Of a stretch of DNA of 64,000 nt, positions 51,111-64,000 are shown piece by piece. The DNA comes from Raillietiella orientalis (Eukaryota). The stretch covers positions 1,860,001 to 1,924,000 of the forward strand of contig JAYWIR010000030.1 in the NCBI GenBank assembly GCA_036172245.1, given 5' to 3'. Positions within the stretch are counted from its first letter, which is position 1; the number at the start of each line of letters is the position of its first letter. The position numbers and the translations under genes are program-made. The notes below the pieces were generated by a model, which worked only from the letters and a program-made list of their open reading frames with translations, was not told the DNA's origin and made no database searches.

Positions 51111-54100
51111 GTATTTTTTTTTCCTACATTTCTTACTATGGATGCATTCGATTAAAAAAAAAAAGGGCTGGCGCTGAATGCAAGGTCTTTATCACATTCA
51201 CCGTTACATTGCTAACGAATGCTTCGAAGAACCCTCCGGTCATCGGCTACTTTTTACTTTTGGGTTTAGAAAATGAAAAACCGCACGGATAACAGCAACA
51301 TACCTGCCAGAATACGTAGTTGACGCTTAGGAAATGAAACGAAAACGTATATGAGTTTATTATCATAAGGTACACATGGACGGTAGCAACTAGTTTTTTA
51401 TCGGCCTGCCAGTGGATGAGTGACTTTCTGGATCGCTACGCGCCAACGAGGACTTCCAAATTCTTCGTTCCTAAGCAACGGAATCAACAGCGGCACTGAT
51501 AGGGCAGCGTAGTGAGGAAGAAACAAAAAAAAAGGAAAGAAGAAGCTGAAAGCGATTCGGAAAAGCAAACGCAGAAAATTCAGGGGCCGTAAATTCAGTT
51601 CATTGAGAATGTTGTTGTACGTTTTTTATTGTATTTTGCAGTAGATTCCAAAAATGGGAATCGATGACTGCAATCAGGAATTGAAAATGTAGAATGCTCT
51701 CTTGGGACTATCAGTTCCCGGCGGCCCCCAAACGTTTGAACAAGAAACGTGCTGGAGATAAACTCTGGCGACTTATTCCATTAAATTGGTAAGAGATGAG
51801 ATGATGATGATCTCACGAAGCGCAATCTCCTGTTGACTGTTGGCGGGCATTTGGTCACGTCAGCGTTGAATCCTCCGAGAAAACGAGGCGGCTAAGCCCT
51901 GCTCTTTAATCACGCTTAAAAGCATCTCTTCTAAATGAACGCAAGAGTGGACCAATCGCGTCAGCGGAAGCGAAACACCTTGAAGCAACCGAAAACCGGA
52001 GCCCGTGTAGGGACGGGGATGCACTTGAAATATGTAAGGGGATTACCTTCCTTTGTACAGAGTCTTGAGACCATCAGCATAAACATCAGATCAGTTCATG
52101 TGTGGCTTTCTTAACAGCGCGGGGAATCCAAATGGTGCATTACGGCCCGCGTGCCCGTGGAAGGGCAATCAAACGGAACAGTTGGGCTCCGGGAGAAGCA
52201 CTCTTTCAAAATTGAAAACGGATTGCAGGAATGTTGAATTAGATGTCATGGTAAGTGCCGCTTACGTTACTGGAGATAATTACAAGTAAGGAAACAAATG
52301 AGTTCAAGGGAGCGCACTTCTTTTCGTACGGCACGTCTTCACTGCAGACGATCCAAACGCGACGTACAGAAAGAAGCCGAGGAAGACGCAGACCGATGCT
52401 CGAAACGGAACGCTCGTTTTCCAGAATGATGCATTAAAAGATGCAGAAGAGTAGATGAGATTGCATCTCACGTAGGAAATCCGGCAGCCAGAGGAAACGC
52501 ACCACTTTGCTCGACTCGAATTCATGGGCGACATTTCTTTTCGAAAAAAAGCCGTTTTGCAGCAAAATGCACCGAGAACTCCAGCTTCCCCCTAGCGTAT
52601 AGGTAAAAAAATAAACAAATAGATAAACAGGATTGCAAAACCTCCACTTTTTCTTCAAAACCTCTGCAACCACCTTTTTTTCTCACTTTGCTCCAGAGCA
52701 GCTGCGCTCCCTGCATCGCGCTGGAATTTCCGAGTTAGCGGATATCCCCTACTTTTTTAATAGGTTTCCACCCCTCCTCTGATGCAATCCCTTCGTTCTT
52801 TCAAATCAGGAATCTCCCAAATGCAAATAACAAGCGTTGTGGTCCAATTTAGGGAATCCTCAAGGAGCCGCTGATCAATAAAACAAATGAAAGCAGAAAA
52901 GGAAGAATTAAAAACGAGACGTGAAAATTGCTTTACGAGGAAAAAAGCGCTGAGTAGGCTCTGGAAACTTGCTGAGGCGAATAGGGAGACTCTTCGGAAG
53001 AATTTCTTCAGAAGAATCTCCTTCTCTCTTTTTCCTTTTTTCCAGACCGATTATTGATCTCAAAGCCATCTCGGTACCATACCACCAGGAGATAAGGCGG
53101 AAGAAGAAATCGAGAATGGATCGCCTCCATATGCCAAGAGGGCCCAAATACCTGACGAGAGTTTCAGATCGGGCAGAGAGGATGCTTCGAAGGGGCACAT
53201 CTCAAGTTCACGCTGCAAGAAGGCCCGCATGCGTCTTCATGACTGCTGAATGGCGATGGAGGTGGCTTGAAGGACACCATCAACGGTTAACCACTTCGGA
53301 GGCATAAGCAGCGGATGGCTCTTCCTCGGAGACGCCAGCAGCACCAGCACCGCTTGCTGCTTCATTCCACACGCCTTCCTCGAACATGGATCTTCTGGAT
53401 TTCCGACGGTGCACCACTTTCTGATCTCCTCCTCAATCCCACTCACCTCAACTCCGCGGAAGACCTCGGGAGGATCGATGCAGGGTGTCTCCGCGTATGG
53501 GAGAGAGCAACTGTAGACCAGTGAGGAGCTCTTCCTCTTCTGTTCCTTCCCTTCCTCTCTCTCTCCCCGATCACCGCACCTTCCGCTGCCCCCTCCACCT
53601 CGCATGCTCTCTTCCTCTTCCACTTTGAAGCACCGGTGAAGCTCCCGGCAGGTGTGCGCGTACTGAGGTGAGCGCAGGATCGGCAGGGATGACACGTGAG
53701 CACCACGCAGATGGGCGGCAGAGAGAGGTAGCAGCGTGCCGAGGCGTTTGCGTTTGTCAGTCAAATAGTTTGGCCAAGGAAAGGGCCACTGGGTGACTTC
53801 GCTCGCCGAATTGACTGGGGCGGTAGTGGAAAGCGCGTTCTGACACGCTGCCTCTTTCAGGAATTTGCAGTTATCCCTTTCTTTCCGTTTCACGGTCCTC
53901 TCTGCTCTCTTCAATTAGCCTTAACGAGATGGAGGGGAGAAGGAGGAAGAGGAGAGATGAATCTCGCTCTTCAGCATCCCTGCTCTTCGGGCATTCGAGG
54001 CGGAAGAGGAAAACCGAACGAAGCGTTTCAAAGACGGCCCTGGCAACCTGGAAGGAGCAGCTTCTGCATCTGGTTCGACGGAGGGAGATCTGCTCCAGCC

Positions 54101-54213
54101 TCTGACATCTGGACCGTCTGAAGTTGTTGCTCCCTTCCCATGCTACCCGGGTTCTGCGGACGCGGAGGTGGCGGCGAAAGGAGACCGCCAGCGGAGGCGC
54201 CACTGGATCCGTT

Positions 54214-54500
54214 TAGAGTGCAGGGACACCCTCCCTAGAGAGACGACCCCTTTCTCACCTCGCTCCTACCGCCTCTCTGCCGGGGGGCGCCTTGGAGACT
54301 CCGCGATCTCCCGCCGCTTCCTCTGGAGCCCCGGTACTTTTCTTCATCTCAGGACACAGCCTCTAACACCGGAAGAGGAGATTAAGGGAAGCGAATTTTC
54401 CGAAGTCCCAAATTTTCCCCCTGACCCTGCCCTCCCCCGTGCCTTTCTCCCGGGAATCTACCGAGCTCGATGCGGGATCGATGGCAGCGGTTGCTCTGCC
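54214..54500 (+). repeat. ~287-bp direct repeat (partner 55897-56182)
   Basis: Shared ...ccgcttcctctggagccccggtacttttcttcatctcaggacacagcctctaac...; roughly 90% identical by eye. Confidence 0.92.
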
Positions 54501-54999
54501 GTCGCCGTCTCCTTCCGTGTTTCCCCAGGAACCGCCGAGCCGACCAGACGGACTCTTCGGGGGAGAGCATCACGCACGCACGTGCGTGCGTTGCGTTTTG
54601 TGTGGACGCGCATTACCCACGGCCGCCACTCCCGGGCCGACTCTGTTGGCAGTCACGTGACGGAGGAAGAATTTGCAGCTGCAGACCAGTGAGGAGCTCT
54701 TCCTATTCCGTACCTCACTCTCCCTTTGATCTCTTCGATCACCGTCACCTTCCGCTCCTCCCCGCATCCTTTCTTTCCCTTCCTCTTTGCTGCACCGGAA
54801 AAGTTCGTACATTTCCTTGCAAGCATGCAGTCGAACCACTTCGGAGACTCTATCAGCAGTTGACCACTTCGGAAATCCCTCAGCAGTTGATCCTCCGCAG
54901 CTGTGTGATGCATCCTCAGCGGCTTGTTGGCACTCTTCGACGGCAGGTTTGCACAGAATTTGCGATAGCCGCGGCCTCATATCTTCGACTCGCGGGGGC

Positions 55000-57900
55000 T
55001 GAGCTCATCAGAGTGGATAATTTCCAAAGTGGCAAAGTCCTCGTCCTCCCTTCTCGCCATCCTCGTGTCGAACTGATGCTGTCTCTTTAATCTTTGCTGG
55101 ACCATCTTTCGAGTGAATCCGGAAATAGTCGACCACTCAGACGATACCCTGAGATTTTCTTTTCCTTTGGGATTCCCACCATCCCCACCAATGTGTTTGG
55201 TCTTCATGGGTGCATCTTCACTAGACACTGCGCCACCAAACACCATCAAGTTCAATGCATGAGATGTCACCTTAGAGATATTTACTTACTAAAGCATCAC
55301 GCATGCAGAAACTGTCAGCATTTCCCAACGCGCATCTTCCGACCCTGCCTGCTTCAAGCCATTCAGCCTCACTTCTGTGTGCACACCATCTGTTGCTCTT
55401 TCGCTCAAGTGCAACAGGATACAAAGTGCGACACGACCTTTGGCACATGGCGTGAGTTCTGAAATTACCGCATTGGGCGCAAGACGGGAGGTGCCAAGAA
55501 CTTAGGTCTGGCTGGCAGTGCTCCTCCTCCTGACACGCAGGACGTTGTAGGTCAGGGTCACGGCGAGTTGATCAACTCTGAACTCCCAGCAGCCAATGCT
55601 CTCGTCGTATCAACCTCTGACTATTCAGCGGCTATTCCCGGACGAACTCGGGCCCGTTGTATCAACACCTGGCTATTCCCGGACGGACGCTTGTGACCTG
55701 ACATCCTCCCAGCTTGGTGTCGCTGAAGGATTCTTTGGTGATCTAAGGTAGTGGTCAGCAAAGCACTCGATCCACTTGAGGATATTACCTCATCATCCGA
55801 AGATAATACAGGGGACCTCTCCACGTCAGCTACCTGAACAGATTGTCAGCCGATTGGAACTTTCCTTAGAGATACATCCCTTGTCCGCACTGTTTCTAGA
55901 GAGCAGAGGCACCCTCCCTAGAGAGACGGCCCTTCCTCACCTCGCTTCTACCGCCTCTCTGCCAGGGGGCACCTTGGAGACTCCATGATCTCCTGCCGCT
56001 TCCTCTGGAGCCCCGGTACTTTTCTTCATCTCAGGACACAGCCTCTAACGCTGGAAGAGGAGATTAAGGGAGGGGAATTTTCCAAAGTCCCAAATTTTCC
56101 CCCTGACCCTACGCTCCTCCGTGCCTTTCTCCCGGGAATCTACCGAGCTCGACGCAGGATCGATGGCAGCGGTTGCTCTGCCATCCTTGAAGTCCCTGAA
56201 GTCCCTAAAGTCCCCGAAGAAAAATGTGATGCCACAGACGACGTTTCGGTCCTTGGGAAACAATTTACACGCGTGAAGAGCAGAATTCTCTCTGAAGACA
56301 AAAGAACTCTGATTATCTGGTTCCCTCACTGGAGCTCCCTAATGATTCTCCGTACTCTATCTGGAATTGCGATCCTAACACACAGCCATATACTTCTTCA
56401 TCGTACGACTCTGCAAATAAATGCTCTTCTACAAAGATGGAACCACAGACAGACCTGCACACCTCTCCCAGAGCTTTCAACAAAAACGTGCGATATTTGA
56501 GGAGCTCCTAAGCAACGAAGACTCCAGTTGGCAAAAAAATTGAGCTCACCGGCCTTGCTCTAAAATGAGACAGACTTTGAATATCAAACCACTCATTCAG
56601 GGAACCAGGAAGAAAGCAATCAACCCTGCCAAGAAATCCGAGATGAAGAAGTCCTACCGCAAAAAGAGTGCAGTCAGGTTCATGATGGCGACACCTGAGG
56701 CTCGCTCTACCGTCCCCATCTTGAAAGTAGAGAAGCACTAGGAGAAGGTCATTGAATCCTCAACTGCGAGTGGAGACAATTTCGCGCCAATAGCAAACTT
56801 TTATGAAGAACGAATTAAATAGACCCGTCAGTACTTACGAAGGATGCTGTTTGAACGTTACTAGGAAGCTCAGAAAACTTCAGACTGCCTAGACCAATCT
56901 ACTCAAAATGGAATTCCGTAGATCGGGAGGCTCTCCTTCTCACCGACTTATCCGACACCTGCTTACGTGAGAAGAAAGTATCCTGGTAGTGGAAACACTC
57001 CAAAAGCATCCTTTTCCTAGAGGTTTCTCCCAGGAGACTCCATGGACATCAAAGACAGTCTCCATCGACGACTCCATCATTCATGATACAGGTCCTACAT
57101 CAAGTGCCTGACTAAACGAATGTCTGCATGCATATCTCATAACAGCATTGTGTGCCTCCTGAAGAAAGGGTTTCTACCCTTTGATGGTGTTTTTGAAGAA
57201 AACTTTGTGCTGAAAGATACCCTTGACAATGCACGCTGAAGATCATGGGATTACGTCTGGCATTCACTTATATTTCAGATGCATTCGGCACGGTATCACA
57301 CCAAATTCCCATGGATTTTCTAACCTGTGCTGGTGCGGCCAATGAATTCATCCAAACTGACAACCGACCTTTACAAAAAGAGACTATATAAATCCCATTC
57401 AGACTCTGACACCACCAGAAAACAACATGCGGAGTCGAACAAATCCCTGTTCGACCCTCTGAGCACTCTACTTTCTTCAGTATCTATGGAACCGATACTA
57501 CATGCATTGTAGAGCACATATGGCGTAAAATGTCGATTAGCTTATGCAGATGATTCGATGTTCGTAGGCAAGTCCAAACGTGCACTGAGGTCCAAGCTGC
57601 ACACGTTGCAGGAACCAAAAGGGAACTGATGATCAGGTGCAAGAAGTGTGACTCGACTGCTGGACCAAAAATACCAAAGGCACGAGACCCCCCCGCTTCG
57701 TCACTAAAGGTGAAATGATGCCAGCGATCGAATATATGGAGTCCTTGGCAAGCTGTTTGGACTGGGCATGTCCACAGATACTCCTACAAAAGAAATCATC
57801 TCTCCAAAGCCACAGAGCTCATGCAATCTGGACGGTCCTCTCGGCCCAAAATGTGATGTCTTGAAGCCTTCTTTTTGAGTCAAGTGCAATTCCAAATCCT

Positions 57901-59101
57901 CGGGAGGTTTCAGAAAACAAAATCCCGTAGTGACGGATGAAGTCATCGAAACTCTCCACTGGGTAACCGAAAAGAAAGCAATGCTCCCGCCTCCAGCAGG
58001 CGGTGGTTTCGGGAGCTCTCTGTTATGGGATACGAGCGTCAAGTTCTCGCGAAACATCCGTTAAACATCCGAGGCATGTGGGCGGATGGCAGGAAGACCT
58101 CACGTAGGATGGCAGCGACCTGGAAACTTGCTGGCGGCGAACCAACGATCCCTATCAACGGCATTTGTATTTGATGGCTCTTGCTGGAAGGCTGGTGTCC
58201 TCTCTGTGCAATGTGTGCAACGTGCCGCGCCATGGTTTTCCTCCTGCAACAATCATCCTGACCAAGGGAGAGGAGGGTCATGCCCAGGTCCACACAAGCT
58301 CCCAGTCGCTGCTTCTTCACTGGAGAATATCTTCGTTTCTCGAGCTGCCGCTTTACTCATGCAGCCAGTTGAACCTCCTCCCGATGCGTGTTCCTTATGT
58401 TAGCAACGCCACTGCAAGAAGTGCCTCACGTGGGGAGGGGAAGAACGTTGCCCCACGTTCTCAATCATTGCAGGGGGCGTTCCCGCCTGTACACCCAAAC
58501 GCACGACAATACTGTAGCAAGAATCAAGAATGCTGTCTCCTAACGAAAATGACCGTGTACCGAGTGCCGATAGCAACGTACGGACCGCCCTTGCACTCAA
58601 GAAAGGAAACCGCGTAATGATAATTGACGTCCGCTGTCCGTTCGAAAACACTTACGCGGCAATGGAACGTGCTCAAGGAGAAATGGAAAGCAAATATCGA
58701 GATGATGCCCTTCAGCTTATGTCTAGAGACAACCAGACATCTGCCCACACCCATGTTGTTGGTTCCTTAGAATTGTGGAATACCAAGGGCGATGCAGTCA
58801 TTAGAGCACTTTGAATCCCTAGACAATATGCAAGCACTATGAGAAATCTACTTATGTCCTCGACTATACCTGCCATTAGGGACATTTACTGGACACACCG
58901 TCTTGAACTCTAATCGAATGAAAGAGCACAACAGAACAATATGCAAGAAAACCCACAGCGAAAAGAGCAGCAACCTCCAATTCAACTCACTAAGAACAGT
59001 GAATGGAGTCTTCCCTAAATGGCATTATTTGAAAACTTCAAATTTTGTGAATAGCGTCCCCTTGATCATCATAATTCCCATAATAACAAGCAGTAATGAA
59101 A
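55000..59101 (+). mobile_element. Near full-length degenerate Utopia/NeSL-like RLE non-LTR retrotransposon
   Basis: Cys/His zinc-finger remnants (55150-55480); YSKWNSVD...CLREKK..WK.SKSIL; KKGFLPFDGVFEENFVL (57162-57212); DAFGTVSH (57278-57301); DPLSTLL..VSMEP; LAYADD (57537-57554); HPDQG; CKKC..TLPHVLNHC (58413-58471); IIDVRCPFEN...SKY; VVGSLELW; RDIYWTH (58878-58898). Many stops and frameshifts. Confidence 0.9.
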
Positions 59102-59115
59102 TCTGTCCTTACCAG
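59102..59115 (+). other. Putative U2 snRNA-derived target-site remnant at the element's 3' junction
   Basis: TCTGTCCTTACCAG versus U2 TCTGTTCTTATCAG (12/14), directly after taatgaaa. Confidence 0.6.
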
Positions 59116-59364
59116 CGCACGATATTCGAATTTCAGTGTTCCAGAAAAGACCAGCAGGGTCTTGTCATTCCCCAAATGTTTCCCTTAGCGGTCCATGATC
59201 AGTCTGTGTTGTGCTTTTTGTGTATTTGTTTGTTGTGCGCTTGGCCTCTCTTTCAAGAGATTAGTCAAGATCCAGGCCGACCGCTTAAGGATGACTATGT
59301 CATTGGTGACTACTCCAAGGCCGACGTCTCGTGAGTAGTTCCCAGAAGTTGCACGCCTGCGAGT

Positions 59365-59950
59365 GTGAAGTGCACCAGGCCATCATCGGTTACAGCCGAT
59401 ACGTCAGAGACTGATGCTGGGATTCATGTGGATACGGAGAGCGATTTCGACAAAGTGGACCACAGCACGCTGCTGAAGGTGTCAAGGAAGCTGGGCTTCA
59501 GCCACTACGTGAAAAGAGTACTCGAAGAGCAACACTCCAACATTCGACATAAATGCACAGGATACAGATGGAGAGGGCAGCCCGTCAGGGAAACGCCCTC
59601 AATCCAATGTCGTCTGTGATTTCGATGGAGGCTGTGTCAGCATCAGTTCACCGAAGATGGCGCCTCCAAGGAATTACAGATGGATGATGACGGGTTGATT
59701 CGTCTGAAGTATGCGAGCGGTCTCCTCTTCCTGCAGCATGAGGGAACAGCATGCGTTCCTGGATGTAGGCAGATCTACGAAAATGGCACTGGGCTTCAAG
59801 AAGTCTCAACTCGTGCCCAACGTAATCCTAAACCTCTCCACACGAACAGAAAAGGAATGTGGTCGATGAAATCGAGCACCTAAGAGTCCGCATCGGTGAA
59901 GCCTCGGCTTCGCAGACTTTGTTGCAGGGAATCCTGGTGTAGGCGAGGGA
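59365..59950 (+). mobile_element. Second RT fragment (domains 4-7)
   Basis: VDTESDFDKVDHSTLLKVSRKLG (DxxxAFDxVxH...G) and RLKYASGLL (LxYADD-like). Confidence 0.65.
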
Positions 59951-62949
59951 GGAAGCAGCAAATTTCACCCGAGTGGATTTCAGCACGAAGCAGAGGGAAC
60001 GGCTACCTCTCGAGGTGCCCAATGGAGCGGCCTTCTGTCGAATGGGCGCGGATGGAAAGCAGAACGGCCACAACGAAAACTTCTACGGGAGGAGTACGAG
60101 CCGCAGTGGGAGACTCAAACTGCTGTCCCGGCTTCGAAAAACGGCGGGAACGGAATGAAGTCGCTCAAGGGGAAATAACGAGGGTAAGGCGACTCCCGGA
60201 TCTCGCCAGCGATTAGGGCAAGTGTATGTTCGAGGCTCATAGAGCCTACTCGAATCTGAACAACTCTAGAGGACTGAGGTCATCCCTACTGAGCAAACCA
60301 TGAGAGCGGCAATGGTTGCACCAAAGACCCATTCGAGGCTGCGAGCAGTTGGCTGCCAGTAGCAGGTGCCACAAAATGCGACTCTTGACTCCGGGAAAAT
60401 TCTCACAGAGCACGCAGAATCCGGGAAAATAACCAAGAAGAACACAGGATTCGGCGAAAAGATGGAGACCACGACATCCTATCCATAGCTGCCAGCCGAT
60501 AAGGGAACCTGCGAACGGTTTGGAAGACGGTCAGGTGGAAAGGACCCTCAACCGGACACTCATGACCATGCGTTTTCCACGGAGGAGGAATCCTGAGTAG
60601 ATCGAGGACCGGGCATCGAGCAGGCAACGTCGAAGACGAGCTGTGCGTGGCACGTGGGGCCAAGGAAACGCGGCTCCACGTGCTCGCCTGTCCGCCGCTG
60701 CCCCCACACCGGACAGTACTGGAGGCAGTGACGGACCTGCAGAGCGGAGCGAGAACGGAAATGGGATTGTTCGAAAGGAACGGCAATTTTCCCTGTAATG
60801 ATCCTGTGGTGCGAACCACAATTAGCCTCTTCGCCGCAAGCATTGAGACCAGAAGGGCCAAAATGAAAAGCAACGCCTGCCATCGAAATCCCGAGGGGAA
60901 TTGGCATCAGGAACGGCGGCAGAATCCCAGTCTGAACATATCTCTACGTATAAAAAAGAAGATGGATTTTTTCGAGTGCGTGGAGTGAGAAATCCAATAA
61001 CCCCAATTGATCAGAATCTAAAGATAAAAAAATTATTAACTCGGAAAAGTGAATCTTTGTGCTGTGACTGCAGGATGCTTCGAAGCGGATGCAAATGTCA
61101 GTCTTTTGGCTTTTGGTAATTCCTTGCTTCCTTCCTGTTTTACGGGAAACGTGCCAGTAGATGCACCAGAGGTTCACATTGAGCTCCCGTGACTGCGAGC
61201 AGTTCGTCACCAGGGACAACTGGCGTCAAATGCGGCTGTTCTCGTGGACGAAATGGTGAAAGAAAGATTCACTCTGGAGCGCGAGCCTTGGAAAAACCAT
61301 GCTTCCGGTGCGTGGATGCTGGTGACCAAAGCTAACATTCGCAATGGAATCCAAGATACTCACAAGGACGATGACTCCCTCGCTAAAGTTGCCAGCCGTT
61401 TACGAGTGCAGCACGGCAACGCGCGAGCAGTTGGATCACCAGTTTTGAGGAGTGAGCTACCACTGGACCCAGAAGATGACCTCACGGAGGCATCCTGACT
61501 GATTTAAGAACTCTCGACTGAGCATCCAAGGGATTATGTCTTCATGGCGTGTGACAGACTCGCCTGCCCGATGCTGCGCCCATATTGGAAAGCGCTAAAA
61601 TTCGGTGACAGACCTGCGGACGATGACCACATTGGAATTCCTTGCAGGATTGTTCGCAGGGAGTGGCAGCCTCCCCCGATAAAATTCCATGGAAAGAACA
61701 ACCATCGCTTTCTTTATCATGAACATCGTGATAGAAGAATAAGGAGGAGGAAAAGTGCAGCCACAGCAGTGGAGGTTGTGATAGGACTAATAGAAAAGGA
61801 AAGAGACGTTAGGAACGGTGGGAAAGTCTCGTCTGGACATAACGGTACATTTTGGAGAAAAAAAAGTAGGAAATGTCCAGATGCATGGGAACCCCAGGTA
61901 TCCCCCAGCTCAAAACAACCTTGAAGAGTGACTCCCGAACAGTGCACGGAGAAGCGACATCAGTGACGCAAATTTGTGTCGTTCAAGAAAATCGCACGAT
62001 TTTTCGTTTCTCTGGTTGTAAAGTGAATGAGATGTGTTGCAGTAAATTCACCCCACCGTTGTCCGTCTGGGGAAAACCGATGTAGGAGATGTTCGCGTAT
62101 CGTATGGCGAAGAGGTTTTCGGACCATGTGCATCTACAAGAACGAAAAGCCTTGCCGATCCCTGCTCTGAAGCTGGCAACGGTCAAATCTCCACTGAGTG
62201 TGTCTGTAATGAGCCAGACTGATTGAGAGATGGCCTTCTGCACCAGGAGAGACTGCCGGAATCTCCAGGTCTGCATAATCGTTTGGAGCGGCGTGCTGCT
62301 TTGGTGCCGGTTGAGTCGGCACCGATGGAGGAGGAGAGTCAAGAACTAGTGCGCGAGAAGGCTCTTCGAGGCAGAAGCTGGGAGGATCGAATCCACCTAT
62401 GGATGTGGGAGAAGATCCGGAACTGTCTCCTCTGGAATGTCCACTGTTCGAACAAAAGACTGGCTGTTTCGGAAATCATGATAGCGTTGTTGGTAAACCC
62501 ATCGGGAAAAGTGAAAAGCTGAACATGGAAGTAGTCGAAATCAGCTCTCCGGACGGAATGATTTCTTCAGTTTTTCATTCCCCATTTGACGCTCCCATTA
62601 CCGTTTCTTTTCCGAAGGAGATACCGTTTGGAACAGCTGGCTTCTCCATCCTGTGAGTCAGGGGGTTGGTGAAGTTGGGCTGGTTCTGGCTCATCTAATG
62701 ATGGGGGAACCGTGCTAGGGCGTGAAGAGAATATCCGAGAGCTTTCGGATGAAGAATACGATTAGGAGGAAAGGTGTGAACAGAGAACTGCTTTTCTTTG
62801 CAAAGCAGCCCTTGGAGATGCGGTACATCGTCTTCCAATCAGTAACACCTAATGAGATATTCTGATCAGTTGCTGGAAAGCAAAGCGAAATGCAAAGAGA
62901 TGCTAAAAGATGATGACTCGAACTGGGACGCATTTGAGCGTTGGTGCGA

Positions 62950-64000
62950 GCATTCTATGGGAAAAGCACGAAATTTTTCTGAAAATCGATCCTCCTAAGA
63001 TGTGTACGATCAGACCCTTCCAACAATACTAAAATACAGAGACTGCACCGAATGAACTGAAGAAGTGTCATCCGCACCACTATGGGATAGGATGAGATTC
63101 TCTGCTCCATAGAGCCACAGCAGGCCAGGAAGCACTTCCATAATCAACCTGAGCTCGTGGATACTGTTGATCTCAAGACCGCAGGAAAGAAACACCTAAG
63201 AGGAAATCGTCTGCAACATCTCTGAAAGTGGGACACTTTACAAGAGAGGAGGTTGCAACTTTGCTGCGGAAAGCAGAGATTTAGTTTCCGAACATCGACG
63301 GCATCACTCCAGATGGAGAATGGTGGACAACCCGATGCAGTTATATTGACGATAATCATTAATATTATGATGAAAGAGAGGTGTGCTCTATCAACGTGGG
63401 AACGCACAAGAATCATACTTCTCCCCTAGATGGCCGCAGCTTCCGAAAATCTCTCGGTTCGAAAGGCTGTTTCCATTGGGGGCAGCATACGCAGACTTTG
63501 CATCAAATACCTGACAAGATTCAGGGAGTGGATTCCAGAAAATGAACTGATCTGCTTCCAGCATCTGGGTGCTGGACCGGAATTTCGTTCTACAGACACA
63601 GCTTGACTTCACAAGTCCTCGATCTATGGACTTGAGAATGGTGTTTGCAGACTTTGCTAATGCATTTAGGACCATTCCCCGTGGCATGCTGTCCCCTACT
63701 TCGGAGAGAGGGCAGAAATAGGCAGTTCATTTGCCATCACTATGCTGAGCCTGTACTTCAACAGCACAATATCCATTCGACTGAGCTGGTCACTCGCAAG
63801 CCCTTTTTCTCCGCGGAGGGAAATGAATCAGAATTGCCACCAGAGTTCTTTGCCTTTCCTGGTTGCAGTGGAGCCCGTTCTCCGCGTCATGAGGGAGAGC
63901 CACGAGAAGGACCACGTTCCACCGGAGTGCGCCGATGAACTCGTCATCCCTTGAGGATTCCAAATAGGCTGCGCCATTTTCAAGATCTGGAGCAACGTTG
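62950..64000 (-). mobile_element. Degenerate RT fragment, RTE/APE-clade-like
   Basis: LNALAKSANTIL, KFRSS..ADQFIF (GFRxxRSTxDQIF-like), VFDAKSAY (DLxKAYD-like), SGCPPFS and GADDT in order. Confidence 0.6.

Overview
This is eukaryotic (metazoan, probably invertebrate) repeat-rich DNA with no intact protein-coding ORF that I can support. Most six-frame ORFs are GC-rich noise or pieces of decayed retroelements. The window is mainly a graveyard of non-LTR retrotransposons with a restriction-like endonuclease (RLE; Utopia/NeSL/R2 group) lying on both strands. The best copy (~55.0-59.1 kb, +) keeps zinc fingers, RT, a CCHC knuckle and RLE motifs in order. It ends in an AATAAA-like tail followed by a 12/14 match to U2 snRNA nt 39-52, the known Utopia target. 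Also present: (i) a ~650-bp tRNA-headed SINE-like family (at least 7 loci) whose body is rich in cUUCGg tetraloop hairpins; (ii) an isolated ~190-bp 28S rDNA fragment between two RLE-element remnants; (iii) four local duplications of 152, ~287, 655 and 1930 bp, three of them inverted, with no TSD or poly(A), which look like templated repair patches; (iv) an AT-richer block (~37.4-48.7 kb) with possible exons of a minus-strand type I membrane protein gene. All assignments come from manual motif recognition, and boundaries of degenerate elements are approximate.
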